Assembly: GCF_009834535.1 (NCBI RefSeq)
Contig: NC_045697.1
Span: 54,624,001-54,688,000, forward strand
Length of the DNA: 64,000 nucleotides
Source of the DNA: Camelus ferus
Taxonomy: Eukaryota
Direction of reading: 5' to 3'
Within the stretch, counting starts at the first letter, position 1. Every line of letters begins with the position of its first letter. Below, in pieces: positions 1-11,393 of the stretch. The notes under the pieces were generated by a model. It had not been told where the DNA came from. It saw only the letters and a program-made list of their open reading frames with translations, and searched no databases. Position numbers and translations under genes: made by a program.

Positions 1-196
1 TGTTTAAATGTATAATTTTTTTTTCTTTTTATTCTTTGATTTGTCCGATTAAGTTGCGTGTCCCAAGCATGTAACCTTTAAAGAGGTGCACATAAAACTT
101 AGCTATTTTTCTAGTATATCTAAGTGATATTACAGTGGTTGTTCTGAATTTTCATAAACTAGTAAATAAAAAGGAAGAGCAAAAGAAATTTCTTCC

Positions 197-764
197 TGTA
201 TTTGTTTTCTGTTACTTCTGTAACAAATTACCACAAACTTAAACAACATTCACTTATTATCTCACAGTTTTGTAGGTTAAAAATTGAGTGGGCTTGGCTG
301 AGTGCTCTGTTTAGTGTCACAAGACTGGAATCAAGATGTTGGGAGATCTGCATTCCTCTCTGAAGGCTCTTAGAATAAATCTGCTTTCAAATTCATTCAG
401 GTTGTTGGCAGAATTCAGTTTCATGTGGCTGTAGGACTGAGGTTCCTATTTGTTCACTGGCTGTTGGCCAGGGTGTCCTTCTCAGCTTCTAGAAATAGCC
501 TACACTCCTTGGCTCATGCCTCTCTTATCTATAGCACTAGCAACAGTGAAAGTCCTTCTCATGCTTCATATTTCTCTGACTTCTCCTCTGCTTCATCTCT
601 CCTCTACTTCCAGCAGGAGAAATTTCTTACTTTCAAGTAAGGCTCATGTGATTAGATAATCCAGGATAATTGCACCATCTCAAGGTCTCCTTTGCCATGT
701 AACATAACAGATCCTAGAGATGAGAGCGTGGCCATCTTTGGAGGTCTGTTAGTCTGCCTACCAC
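197..764 (-). mobile_element. MaLR solo LTR (MLT1D/E-like) in a CENPC intron
   Basis: Typical MLT1 reverse-strand text: tgtaacaaattaccacaaactt...ggcagaattcagttt...tctgcctaccaca. Confidence 0.8.
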
Positions 765-838
765 ATTTACTTTAAGTTTCTTTGGAGTGTACTTGTGGTG
801 TTACAATTTGAAATGAGACTTAATTTTTAATTTTACAG

Positions 839-929
839 GTTTTTTATGTTAATTTTGGTGACCTTTTATGTACCTTACATGAAACACCTTATATAATAAC
901 AACTGGGGATTCATTCTATGTTCCTTCAG
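839..929 (+). CDS. CENPC: Centromere protein C, penultimate coding exon (cupin dimerisation domain)
   Basis: ttttacag acceptor (AG 837-838) and gtaaga donor (930). The 91 nt translate as VFYVNFGDLLCTLHETPYIITTGDSFYVPS-G, matching the mammalian CENP-C C-terminus as I recall it (VFYVNFGDLLCTLHETPY..TGDSFYVPSG). Confidence 0.95.
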
Positions 930-1319
930 GTAAGAATAATTGAAAACATTTTCTTTTGCATAGTTAAATATTTATATAGTAGCTCATGAGCATCATGAAA
1001 ATGGAAGCCACAGTGGTCAAAAAGAAGCATGATATGACTTTTGCCAAAGAAGTTTGGTGCGTGTTTTCTTTTAATTTTAGCAATAGATAAGTATATCAGG
1101 GTTTTGATACATGAAAATTGACTGAGTATACTAATTGCTATGTATAAAAATATTTAGTTAGGAGGTACGTTGTTTTCAGGGTAGAAGGAAAATTATTTCC
1201 CCTGTGTTCTCTCAAAGACATTAAGTGGTCAGACAATTTTTAGTAGGTAATTTTAAACATACGGAATAGTGTGCTTCATCAGCTATTGACGAGCATAAGT
1301 CTTTGGAAATAGCAATTTT

Positions 1320-1545
1320 AATTTGTTCAATTGTTCACTCATTCATTCAACAAATGTGATTGAGTGTCTTCAAGCATTGTTTAAGGGTGTGGGATACCTA
1401 AGTGAACAAACAGGCAAAACTCCCTACCCTCATGGAGCTTACATTCTTAAAGGAGACAATAATAATACCTATGTTTATATAGTCCTTTGTATGTGCCAAC
1501 ACTGTTGTGAACACTTTACATTTATTAACTCAGTTAATTCTAATA
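1320..1545 (-). mobile_element. L2 3' end followed by a MIR fragment
   Basis: cattcattcaacaaat...ccctcatggagcttacattct (L2 tail), then a MIR-like segment. Confidence 0.7.
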
Positions 1546-1786
1546 TGTATTAATTTCTAATATATAGAAAATCAGTACTGTAAACTTGCCTTTAAGTGAG
1601 GCTGTCCATCTGTATTTCACTTTTGCTGTTATTTATTACTCAATTTATTTAAGAGTAGCATTTGCCTCTGTTTAACTTTCAGGTTTTATTTTACTTAACA
1701 TTTTATCTTTTATACTTATCTATATATTATCTGTGTCTGGTGTAGGGGAATCCATAGCCATTCCAAAGACATAATAACAGGTTCAG

Positions 1787-2157
1787 AAAGTCAGACAGAG
1801 AAAGTCAGATACTGTATGTTTTCACTTATATGTGGAATCTGAAAAATGAAATAAACAAGTGAAAATAACAAAACAGAAACAGACTCACAGATACGAAGAG
1901 CAAACTAGTGGTTACCAGTGGAGAGAGGGGAAGGGAGAAGGGGCAAGACAGAGATAGAGGATTAAGAGGTACAGACTACTAGGTATAAAATAAATAAGAT
2001 ACAAGTTTGTAATGTACAGCACAGGAAGTATAGGCAATATTTTATAATAACTTTAAATGGGGTATAATCTATAAAAATATCAAATCACTGTTGTATATCT
2101 GAAACTAATACTAAACATTGTAAATCAACTATATTTAAATTAAAAAACCAAAAAAAC
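1787..2157 (+). mobile_element. 5'-truncated L1 3' end (cetartiodactyl-type) in the last CENPC intron
   Basis: tcacttatatgtggaatct (ORF2 end), aaactagtggttaccagtgg, and attgtaaatcaactata followed by an A-rich tail. Confidence 0.85.
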
Positions 2158-2454
2158 ACAATTGGGTTCAGAGAAGATTTTCTTCCTTCCTGTACCCTTA
2201 TCTAATTTGTTTTTGCATTCATTTCAAGAATGATGTGAAATTTACATTCTTTCAAGCCTTATCTGGATCACAGGTGGTGGTTAACTCTTGTATTTTTCAG
2301 TTCATAGAATTAAATAGATTTATTTTAGATTAGATGATTTTTTAAAAATTTGACACTATATACTATAACTGCCTTAGTGCTGACTACATATTTATTCAAA
2401 AGGAAATGATTCCTATGGAAATAAGTTCTAACTTTCTTATCACTTTTTTTCTAG

Positions 2455-2525
2455 GTAATTATTACAACATCAGAAATCTCCTGAATGAGGAAAGTGTTCT
2501 TCTTTTCACTCAGATAAAAAGTTGA
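2455..2525 (+). CDS. CENPC: Centromere protein C, terminal coding exon with stop codon
   Basis: Polypyrimidine tract + ctag acceptor (AG 2453-2454). The phase-1 junction completes GGT, then NYYNIRNLLNEESVLLFTQIKS and TGA at 2523-2525, in frame with the 839-929 exon. Confidence 0.95.
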
Positions 2526-2664
2526 AAGATGAAGCAGAGTTTAAATACATGTGTATATAAATATATACATACATACATGTATATAAAACACATTGTGCAG
2601 TTGAGATGTTTATATGTGTAATTATTTGTAATTTTTAAAATATTCAGTTTTGTGTACTTGTTTC

Positions 2665-2670
2665 AATAAA
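2665..2670 (+). terminator. CENPC: Polyadenylation signal AATAAA of CENPC (3' UTR ~2526-2690)
   Basis: First canonical AATAAA after the stop, ~140 nt downstream, with T-rich sequence further downstream. Confidence 0.65.
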
Positions 2671-2797
2671 CATTTCAAACTCCCATATGTATATTCTAAT
2701 TTTTTCATGAATATGCACATAACCTGAGGTGATGTCCACATTCATAGTGTTTTAATAACATGACAGGAATACCAAAATCACTGCTCCCAGTGATATG

Positions 2798-4047
2798 CAG
2801 GTGCACCTTGGAGATACTGTGGGTTTGATTCCAGACCATCACAATAAAGAGAAAATTGCAATAAAGCAAGTCACATGAAGTTTTTGGTTTTCCAGTGTGT
2901 ATAAAAGTTATGTTTATACTATACTGTCATCTCTTAGGTGGGCAGTAGCTTTATGTTAAAAATTAATGCACATACTTTAATTTAAAAAATACTTTATTGC
3001 TGAAAAATGTTAACCATAGTCAATACCTTCGGTGAGTCATAATCTTTTTGGTGGTGGAGGGTCTTGCCTTTATATTGATGGCTGCTGACCAATCAGGATG
3101 GTGATTGCTGAAGGTTGGGGTGCCTGTGGCAGTTTTTAAAAATAAGACAATAATGATTGATTGCTGCATCTGTTGCTTCTTCCTTTTACAAATGATTTCT
3201 CTGTAGCATGCAGTGCTCTGTGATAGCATTTTACCTACACTGTAGAACTCTTCCAAATTGGAGTCAGTCCTCTCAAACCCTGCTGCTGCTTTATCAGCTA
3301 AGTTTTTGTAATATTCTAAATCCTTTGTTGCCATTCAGCAGTCTTTACAGCATCTTCATCTCAAGAAGCCATTTTCTTTGCTCATCCTTAAGAAGCAATT
3401 CCTAATCTATTGAAATTTTACTAGGAGATTTCAGTAATTCAGTAATATTTTCAGACTCTACTGATTCTAATTCTCTTGCTATTTCCACCACATCTGCAAT
3501 TCCTTCTTCTGCTGAGGTCTTGAACCCCCCAAAGTCATCCATGAGGGTTGTAATCAACTTCTTTCAAACTCCTGTGTTCATGTTGATATTTTGACCTCTT
3601 CCCATGAATCCTGAATGTTCTTCATGGCATCTAGAATGTTGAATCCTTTCCATTGAAAATCAGATTTCCTTTCCTTGTGTTTACATTGAAAATCTGTTTA
3701 GTGTAGACACCTTCATGAATTATCTTAGCCAGATCTGGGTAACTTGCTGCAGCTTCTACATCAGCACTTGCTGCTTCACCTTGGACTTTTATGTTATGGA
3801 ACTGATTTCTTCTCTTAAACCTCACGAGTCAACCTCTGCTGGCTTCAGACTTCTCTTCTGCAGCTTCCTTACCTCTCTCAGCCTTCATAGAATTGAAGAG
3901 AGTTAGAGCCTTGCTCTGGATTAGGCTTTGTCATAAGGGAATGCTGTGGCTGATTTGATCTTTTATCCAGAACACTAAGCCTGTTTTGCTTTCTTATCTA
4001 TGTGTTCACTAGAGTAGCACTTTTAATTTCCTTCAAGAATTTTTCCT
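2798..4047 (-). mobile_element. Tigger1 (TcMar-Tigger/pogo) DNA transposon remnant, internally deleted
   Basis: Terminus caggtgcaccttggagatactgtggg resembles a Tigger1 end. Minus-strand ORF pieces [21 protein letters not shown] (3631-3825) and [16 protein letters not shown] (3020-3334) are Tigger1/TIGD1-type transposase. Confidence 0.9.
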
Positions 4048-4783
4048 TATCTTGGCTATTGTGAATAATGGTATAATTAACATGTGAGTGCAGGTATCTC
4101 TCCTAGGTTCCGATTTCATTTCCTTTGGGTATATATCCAGAAGAGGGATTACTGAATTTTAGGGTAGTTCTGTTTTTATTTTGGGGGAGAATCTCCATAC
4201 TGTTTTCCATAAAGGGTGTAACACTCTACACTTCCACCAACAGTGTAAAAGTGTTCCCATTTCTTCACATCGTCACTAACACTTGTTACCTTTCACCACT
4301 TTGATACTAGCCTTCTTGACAGATTTGAGGTGATAATTGTCATTGTGGTTTTGATTTGCATTTCCCTGATGATTAGTGATATTGAGCATCTTTTCATAAA
4401 CCTGTTGGCACTTTGTATGTCTTCTTTGGAAAGTGATCTCATGTATATGTGAAATGTAAAAATGTCAAATTCATAGTAGCAGTGAATAGAGCAGCGGTTA
4501 TCAGGGCAGAGGAAGTGGGGAGATGGGTGTTCAAAGTGTAGAAAGTTGTAGTTATGTAGGATGAATATGTTCTAGAGATCTAATGCACTACATGATGACT
4601 ATAGTTAATACTCTGTTGTATACTGGAAATTTGCTAAGAGCAGATTGCAGGTGCTCTCCCCACATACAACAGACACACACACATGGGAAACTGAGGAGAT
4701 GGATATGCTAATTAACTTGACTGCAGCAATCATTTCACTAAGTATATCGAAACATCATGTTGTACACCTTAAATATATACATT
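4048..4783. mobile_element. L1MA9-like element with 5' inversion (minus part 4048-4432, plus 3' part 4433-4783)
   Basis: Antisense ORF2 text (atcttggctattgtgaat...tcttctttggaaa) joins directly to sense 3' UTR text (gtgatctcatgtatatgtg...tgttgtacaccttaaatatata). Confidence 0.8.
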
Positions 4784-6299
4784 TATACACACACACATGC
4801 ACACACACATGAATATATTTGTGTGCATGTCTGTATTTTTTCTCTTTTATAAGAGTTATATATTTATTTAGGTTTTATATTTTAATGCTTTGGCCAGAAT
4901 TATCAGAACAAAGGTTTTTAAAGTTTTAAAAGTAATGTTTCTAGTTTTTCATTGTTAAGGAAGATACTGATTTAAGATAAATATTCATATATACAGCATT
5001 AAGGAAATACTACTCTGTTTTCCTTTTTAAAGGATTTATTAGGGCAGTGGGTCTCAACATAATATGTCAGAGTTCTTGGTTTATATTAAAAAGTTTAATA
5101 AGTAAAAAATCACTATATAACAATATTAGTAGTTGGCATATGAAGTCAGCAAACTCATTTCTACCAAATCTTTTTATGTTTCTTTGCCAAGTTAATGATA
5201 GGTGAAGATGCACACTCTTACTACTTCAGTCTTTCCAGACTTCATATTATTTTGATATTCCTTTTGGAACTCATAGGTAGTTATCTTGGAGGCATCCTGA
5301 TTAATCTATAATCAAGCCATAACATGTAGAACATACACGAAAAGAAAATAATGCCAGTTCCCTTAAATGACTGTTGCCATAGTTTTCCTCCAGTGGACTC
5401 TTGTAAATAGGACACAACATAACAATAGTTTTTTTTTTTTTTCCCCTCAGCATTCAAGAGGCAGGAACTCTCTCCAGATTGGTGCATAAAATACATCAGA
5501 GTTAGAGTTAGGGACTCAGGGCAAATAATAGGACAATGTTAGGATACAAAACTGAGCTTTCATTCGTATTGGATTGCTACCAAATGGAAGATCAGTTTTC
5601 AGGTAAAATCCTGATGTAAGACTTTTATTTGCCTCAAGGAATTCTGTCATGGAAGCAGTAAATGCAGGTTACAAATCACTGGTGCTATTTGTATGGAGGA
5701 TTTATGTAGTATAAGATACCTTACTAGGCTTTTAATTGAGCATTTTATTTTCTTCCTCTGGCAAGTTCCTAAAATCGTAGCACAGAAATTTGATAGAATA
5801 AACTTTCATCTTAGCACAGGGTAGGTCTTCAAAGCAATGTTTCACATGATTCAAATGTGGGTAAAATAAAGAACTAATTTTTAGTAAAACCAACTTTCGT
5901 AAGTGTCAGAAGTTTACTACAATTAGTGGGGTTTGTAAAAACAATACTTTGATAAGTATAATTTTAGGTGTTTGTTCTATTATAATTATTTGCATAGTTT
6001 GGGTATTGTACCCTGAAAAAGAAGTAAAACAGAGCTCAGGTCCTCAAAAATAGATGCAGAGGAAAGTTAAAAGGATAGGCATGGTTATAAAATACTTTAT
6101 GTCCTTATTTTGTCAAATGGCAGCCCTGTCTGGCTGTTGGCTGGTTCCCAGGATATAAACCCTACGGAGAAGCCTGCCTATTGACAAGTGCCATGCCCTT
6201 CCGTGAAGCCCATCCTCCTCTTCAAATGAAAGGATTTTTAGGAAAACAGTACAACCAAACTGCAAACCCATACAAGTAGGAAAAAAATACAGCCTGAAA

Positions 6300-7130
6300 A
6301 AAGACAGATGAAAATAAACTGACACAACCACCCTGGAAGAGACAGAAGCAATTCAGATAAGAAAAGAAAATGTAAAAAAAGTAAAAAACAAAAAAAAAAA
6401 AAAAAGAAAAGAAAAATTCTAGTTAATGTCTAAAGAAGTATGGAAGAAGAAATTAGATCCATAAAACAAGCATGGCTATTGGTGGAAAAAAAAAAAGAAG
6501 CAATGAGGGGATTAGACAGTTAATAGAAGTTTAAACATGCAGTAGATGTGATAAATACTAGAAAGGACATGGTTGGAAAGAAGTTGGCAATCTGAAAGAA
6601 ATAATAAAAAGAATGAGAACGATGATAGATAAGAGATATAGTAGATTGATTCAGTAGGTACAGCATTAATAGAAATTTCATAAGAAAGGAACAGAGTGGA
6701 AAGGAGAGAAGAAACAACAAAAGACAATTTTCTTGAGCTGAAGAGTCTTCAGAAGAAAAAATTTTTAAAGATATATCTAGAAATATTTTGATAGCACATT
6801 CTGAACTCTTAAGGATAAAAAGGAAATCCTAAAAGGCTTCAGAGAGAAATAGAAAAAGATCCTTACAAAGGAACAAGAGTCAGCTTCAGACAGCTCAGCA
6901 GCAATACTAGGCAGAGTAAGACAAAGGAAATTCTTTCCAAGTCTGAAATAAAAGGAATTTTGAACTTAGATTCTATACCCAGCCACACAATCAAGTGAAG
7001 GTAAGACAGGTTGTCAAAATGAAAACGTTCAAAAAGTTTATGACAGTGGACATCTTGTGAAGAAGACTGAGAATGTACTCCAGAGAAATAATTTGCAAAG
7101 ATGAACCCAGGAAATACTGGAAATAGTAAG
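6300..7130 (+). mobile_element. Old L1 ORF1-like / HAL1 fragment
   Basis: A-rich, with degenerate ORF1 motifs: aaggaaatcctaaaaggcttcagagagaaa, tcagcagcaatact, agattctatacccagcc. Confidence 0.6.
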
Positions 7131-7535
7131 GATCAGTATGTCTCAAGTCACACATTTCTTTGCCTGTTACTCTACTTGATTCTATGCTGAAAATTATGAT
7201 ATTCACTACAATTACATTGTAAGGGGTGTTTGTTTTTAGTTTTAAAATAAATCCGTGTAAAGGGCCCAGAGATGTAATTTTAGTTACAGATCATAATGTA
7301 AACTATCATAAACTTAACAATACAGGAAATTATATCATTAGTAATACTATTTCAATTTCTAACTTTTAAATTCTCATTAAAATCATAGGTTCTGTGTGAC
7401 TTAGAGCCTCTGGGGCCTGTGTTGGCTAGACTATAGCCAAGAGGTATCCACCTACAGGCTTCAACCATCATGTCTATCTAGAAAAATACTGAATCTGTGT
7501 TTTGAGCTCTTCACTCTTGGACTCCAGTGTATATT

Positions 7536-7664
7536 TTGGTTTTGTTGTTGTTGTTGTTGTTGTTGTTTTTAATGGAGTTATTGAGGATTGAACCCAAGAC
7601 TTCGAGTATGCTAAGCTTGTTCTATGTTGAGCATGCACTCTACCACAGAGCTATATCCACCGCC
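7536..7664 (-). mobile_element. tRNA-derived camelid SINE (Vic-1-like) with (AAC)n tail and 14-bp TSD
   Basis: Reverse strand reads ggatatagctctgtggtagagtgcatgct...gggttcaatcctca (A and B boxes). TSD ctccagtgtatatt at 7522-7535 and 7665-7678. Confidence 0.85.
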
Positions 7665-7679
7665 CTCCAGTGTATATTC

Positions 7680-8630
7680 CAAGCTGCCAGTTGAATGTCT
7701 TGCTTGGGGTGTCCGACCAGAATCTCAAACTCAACATGTCTCAGTCTGAATCCATCATGTATTCTGGTTAGATGCCCAGAAAGCTTTCCCTTATGACTAC
7801 CCTACTTTTAATTAACACTACCTAACCTACTTAGGCTTGCAACCTTAGTCTTCCTAGATGCTTTCTTCCTTTCATCCTCTTATATAGTATAGTTATAAAA
7901 TCCTAGATTCCTACTTTTGGCATGTGTTTTACATGACAAAGTAGAGCCCTTTATATCCACCCTTATTCCAGCCATCATTGTTTCTTGACTTGATTGTTGC
8001 ATTAGCCTCCCAGACCTATCTACTGCTTTGTCTGTAATGTTTCCTTTATTATATGCTTGCCACCTTTTGTTATTAGCCATCGTCCAAAAGGATGGACTAA
8101 TTTGGTCATTCCCTTGCTCAGAAATTTTCAGGACCATTTAATAGTTTCCAACCACCTCCTGCAGTGGTTCTCAGATTTTAGTATGATAAACAATACATGG
8201 GGAGCTAGCTACAAGTGTGCACTCTGGAGCCTCAGTTGGCAGAGATTCTGATTTATTAATTTGTGAATAGGGCTCAGGAAACTTTATTTTTAACAAATGA
8301 CCTAAGTGAATTGTTGAGTGTACTTGTTCTTTGGGCTAATATCCGAATTCTTTAGCTCTATAATTATCTTCAATAATTGGTTTCTATAGTACTTTAAAAA
8401 AGTCTTTACTCACCACCTCCCTACACATATACATGCTTTAATAAATGAGAGCATCCCATGTTCTCTAAACACCAAAATTTTCAGACTCATTCATTTTCTG
8501 AATCTTTTATTTCCAACTACAATACAATGCTTGTTAATTCCTGCCCGCCCTTCTCACCTTTAAGGGGCTGGTTTGAACGCCACCCCCTTAATGTAACATT
8601 CTCCATTCCCTGGCCAGATGTGAACTCTCC
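7680..8630 (+). mobile_element. L2 fragments interrupted by a MER5-like hAT element (~8161-8310)
   Basis: atctcaaactcaacatgtc (L2); cagtggttctca...agattctgattta...tttttaacaaa (MER5). Confidence 0.6.
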
Positions 8631-11084
8631 TTTTTTTTTTTTTTTTTTAACATTTTTTTTATTGATTTATAATCATTTTACAATGTTGTGTCAAATTCCA
8701 GTGTTCAGCACAATTTTTCAGTTATTCATGGACATATACACTCTCATTGTCACATTTTTTTCTCTGTGAGTTATCATAACATTTTGTGTATATTTCCCTG
8801 TGCTATACAGTGTAGTCTATTCTACAATTTTGAAATCCCAGTCTATCCCTTCCCACCCTCCACCCCCCTGGTAACCACAAGTCTGTACTCTCTGTCTGTG
8901 AGTCTATTTCTGTCCTTTATTTACGCTTTGTTTTTGTTTGTTTGTTTGTTTTTGTTTTTGTTTTTTAGATTCCACATATGAGCGATCTCATATGGTATTT
9001 TTCTTTCTCTTTCTGGCTTACTTCACTTAGAATGACATTCTCCAGGAGCATCCATGTTGCTGCAAATGGCATTATGTTGTCGGTTTTTATGGCTGAGTAG
9101 TATTCCATTGTATAAATATACCACTTCTTCTTTATCCAGTCACCTGTTGATGGACATTTAGGCTGTTTCCATGTTTTGGCTATTGTAAATAGTGCTGCTA
9201 TGAACGTTGGGGTGCAGGTGTCATCCTGAAGTAGATTTCCTTCTGGATACAAGCCCAGGAGTAGGATTCCTGGGTCATATGGGTAAGTCTATTCCTAGTC
9301 TTTTGAGGAATCTCCACACTGTTTTCCATAGTGGCTGCACCAAACTGCATTCCCACCAGCAGTGTAGGAGGGTTCCCCTTTCTCCACAGCCTCTCCAGCA
9401 TTTGTCATTTGTGGATTTTTGAATGAAGGCCATTCTGACTGGTGTGAGGTGATACCTCATTGTAGTTTTGATTTGCATTTCTCTGATAATTAGTGATATT
9501 GAGCATTTTTTCATGTGCCTTTTGATCATTTGTATGTCTTCCTTGGAGAATTGCTTGTTTAGGTCTTCTGCCCATTTTTGGATTGGGTTGTTTATTTTTT
9601 TCTTATTGAGTCGTATGAGCTGCTTATATATTCTGGAGATCAAACCTTTGTCGGTTTCACTTGCAAAAATTTTCTCCCATTCCGTAGGTTTTCTTCTTGT
9701 TTTACTTCTGGTTTCCTTTGCTGTGCAGAAGCTTGTAAGTTTCATTAGGTCCCATTTGTTTATTCTTGCTTTTATTTCTTCTAGGAGAAAATTTTTGAAA
9801 TGTATGTCAGATAATGTTTTGCCTATGTTTTCCTCTAGGAGGTTTATTGTATCTTGTCTTATGTTTAAGTCTTTAATCCATTTTGAGTTGATTTTTGTAT
9901 ATGGTGTAAGGGAGTGTTCTAGCTTCATTGTTTTACATGCTGCTGTCCAGTTTTCCCAACACCATTTGCTGAAGAGACTGTCTTTATTCCAATGTATATT
10001 CTTGCCTCCTTTGTTGAAGATGAGTTGACCAAAAGTTTGTGAGTTCATTTCTGGGCTCTCTATTCTGTTTCATTGGTCTATATGTCTGTTTTGGTACCAG
10101 TACCATGCTGTCTTGATGACTGTAGCTCTATAGTATTGTCTGAAGTCTGGGAGAGTTATTCCTCCAGCCTCTTTCTTTCTCTTCAGTAATGCTTTGGCAA
10201 TTCTAGGTCTTTGATGGTTCCATATGAATTTTATTATGATTTGTTCTAGTTCTGTGAAATATGTCCTGGGTAATTGGATAGGGATTGCATTAAATCTGTA
10301 GATTGCCTTGGGCAGTGTGACCATTTTAACAATATTGATTCTTCCAATCCAAGAGCATGGAATATCTTTCCATTTTTTAAAGTCTTCTTTAATTTCCTTC
10401 ATCAATGGTTTATAGTTTTCTGTGTATAATTCTTTCACCTCCTTGGTTAGATTTATTCCCAGATATTTTATTACTTTGGGTGCTATTTTAAAGGGGATTG
10501 TTTCTTTACTTTCTTCTTCTGTTGATTTATCGTTAGTGTAGAGAAATGCAACTGATTTTTGAACATTAATTTTGTAACGTGCTACCTTGCTGAATTCTTC
10601 AATCAGCTCTAGTAGCTTTTGTGTGGACCTTTTAGGGTTTTCTATATATAGTAACATGTCATCGGCATATAATGACACTTTTACCTCTTCTTTTCCAATT
10701 TGGATCCCTTTTATTTCTTTCTCTTGCCTGACTGCTGTGGCTAGGACTTCCAGGACTATGTTGAATAGGAGTGGTGATAGTGGGCATCCTTGTCTTGTCC
10801 CAGATTTTAGTGGGAAGCTTTTGAGTTTTTCACCATTGAGTACTATGCTGGCTGTAGGTTTGTCATATATAGCTTTTATTATGTTGAGATATGTTCCCTC
10901 TATACCCACTTTGGCGAGAGTTTTTATCATAAATGGGTGTTGAATTTTATCAAATGCTTTTTCTGCATCGATTGAGATGATCGTGTGGTTTTTGTCCTTT
11001 CTCTTGTTGATGTGATGTATTACACTGATTGATTTGCGTATGTTGAACCAGCCTTGTGTCCCTGGGATGAACCCCACTTGGTCG
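8631..11084 (-). mobile_element. Young, 5'-truncated lineage-specific LINE-1 (RT domain to poly-A)
   Basis: Poly-T at 8631-8648, 3' UTR, and ORF2 pieces with [15 protein letters not shown], the Cys-rich [18 protein letters not shown] and the SLICGI* end. Confidence 0.97.
8965..11077 (-). pseudogene. L1 ORF2 (reverse transcriptase + C-terminal domain), disrupted
   Basis: ORFs 10070-11077 and 9275-10048 share a frame and are split by one TGA (10070-10072) where W is expected in HIDQWNRIE. A +1 frameshift near 9281 leads into ORF 8965-9252. Confidence 0.92.
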
Positions 11085-11149
11085 ACTAATACAAATATTG
11101 TGCAAGAAATAGTAGATGGGAAGAAAGCAACACTTGGATTAAAGTTATT

Positions 11150-11393
11150 TTATTCTTTTCAGGCTGCTGTAATAAAATAACCGTTGTCTGGGTGACCTAA
11201 GCAATAGAGATGTATTCCTCACAGTTTTGAAGGCAGGGAAGTCCAGGATCAGTGCACCAGTAGATTGTGTCTGGTGAGGTCCCACTTCCTGAATTGCAGG
11301 TAGATGTCTGCTTACCATGCCCTCACTTTGGAAGAGGAGTGAGAGAAAAGAAACAAGCTCTCTCCTGTCTCTTATAAGGGCACTGATTCCATC
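11150..11393 (-). mobile_element. MaLR LTR fragment (MLT1A-like)
   Basis: ggctgctgtaataaaata...cacagttttgaaggcagggaagtcc...tcttataagggcact. Confidence 0.75.

Noticed and set aside
2453..2460. AG|GTAATT at the CENPC terminal exon start as a recursive splice site
   Set aside because: It is explained by the Gly-Asn codons, and no downstream exon was found to use it.
3020..3825. Possible domesticated TIGD/CENP-B-like gene
   Set aside because: The transposase is fragmented, with frameshifts and a large internal deletion, so it is a fossil element.
7580..7660. tRNA gene
   Set aside because: The TSD, simple-repeat tail and internal insertion show it is a SINE, not a functional tRNA.
9468..10943. 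Plus-strand ORFs of 186 aa and 118 aa
   Set aside because: They are antisense shadows of L1 ORF2.
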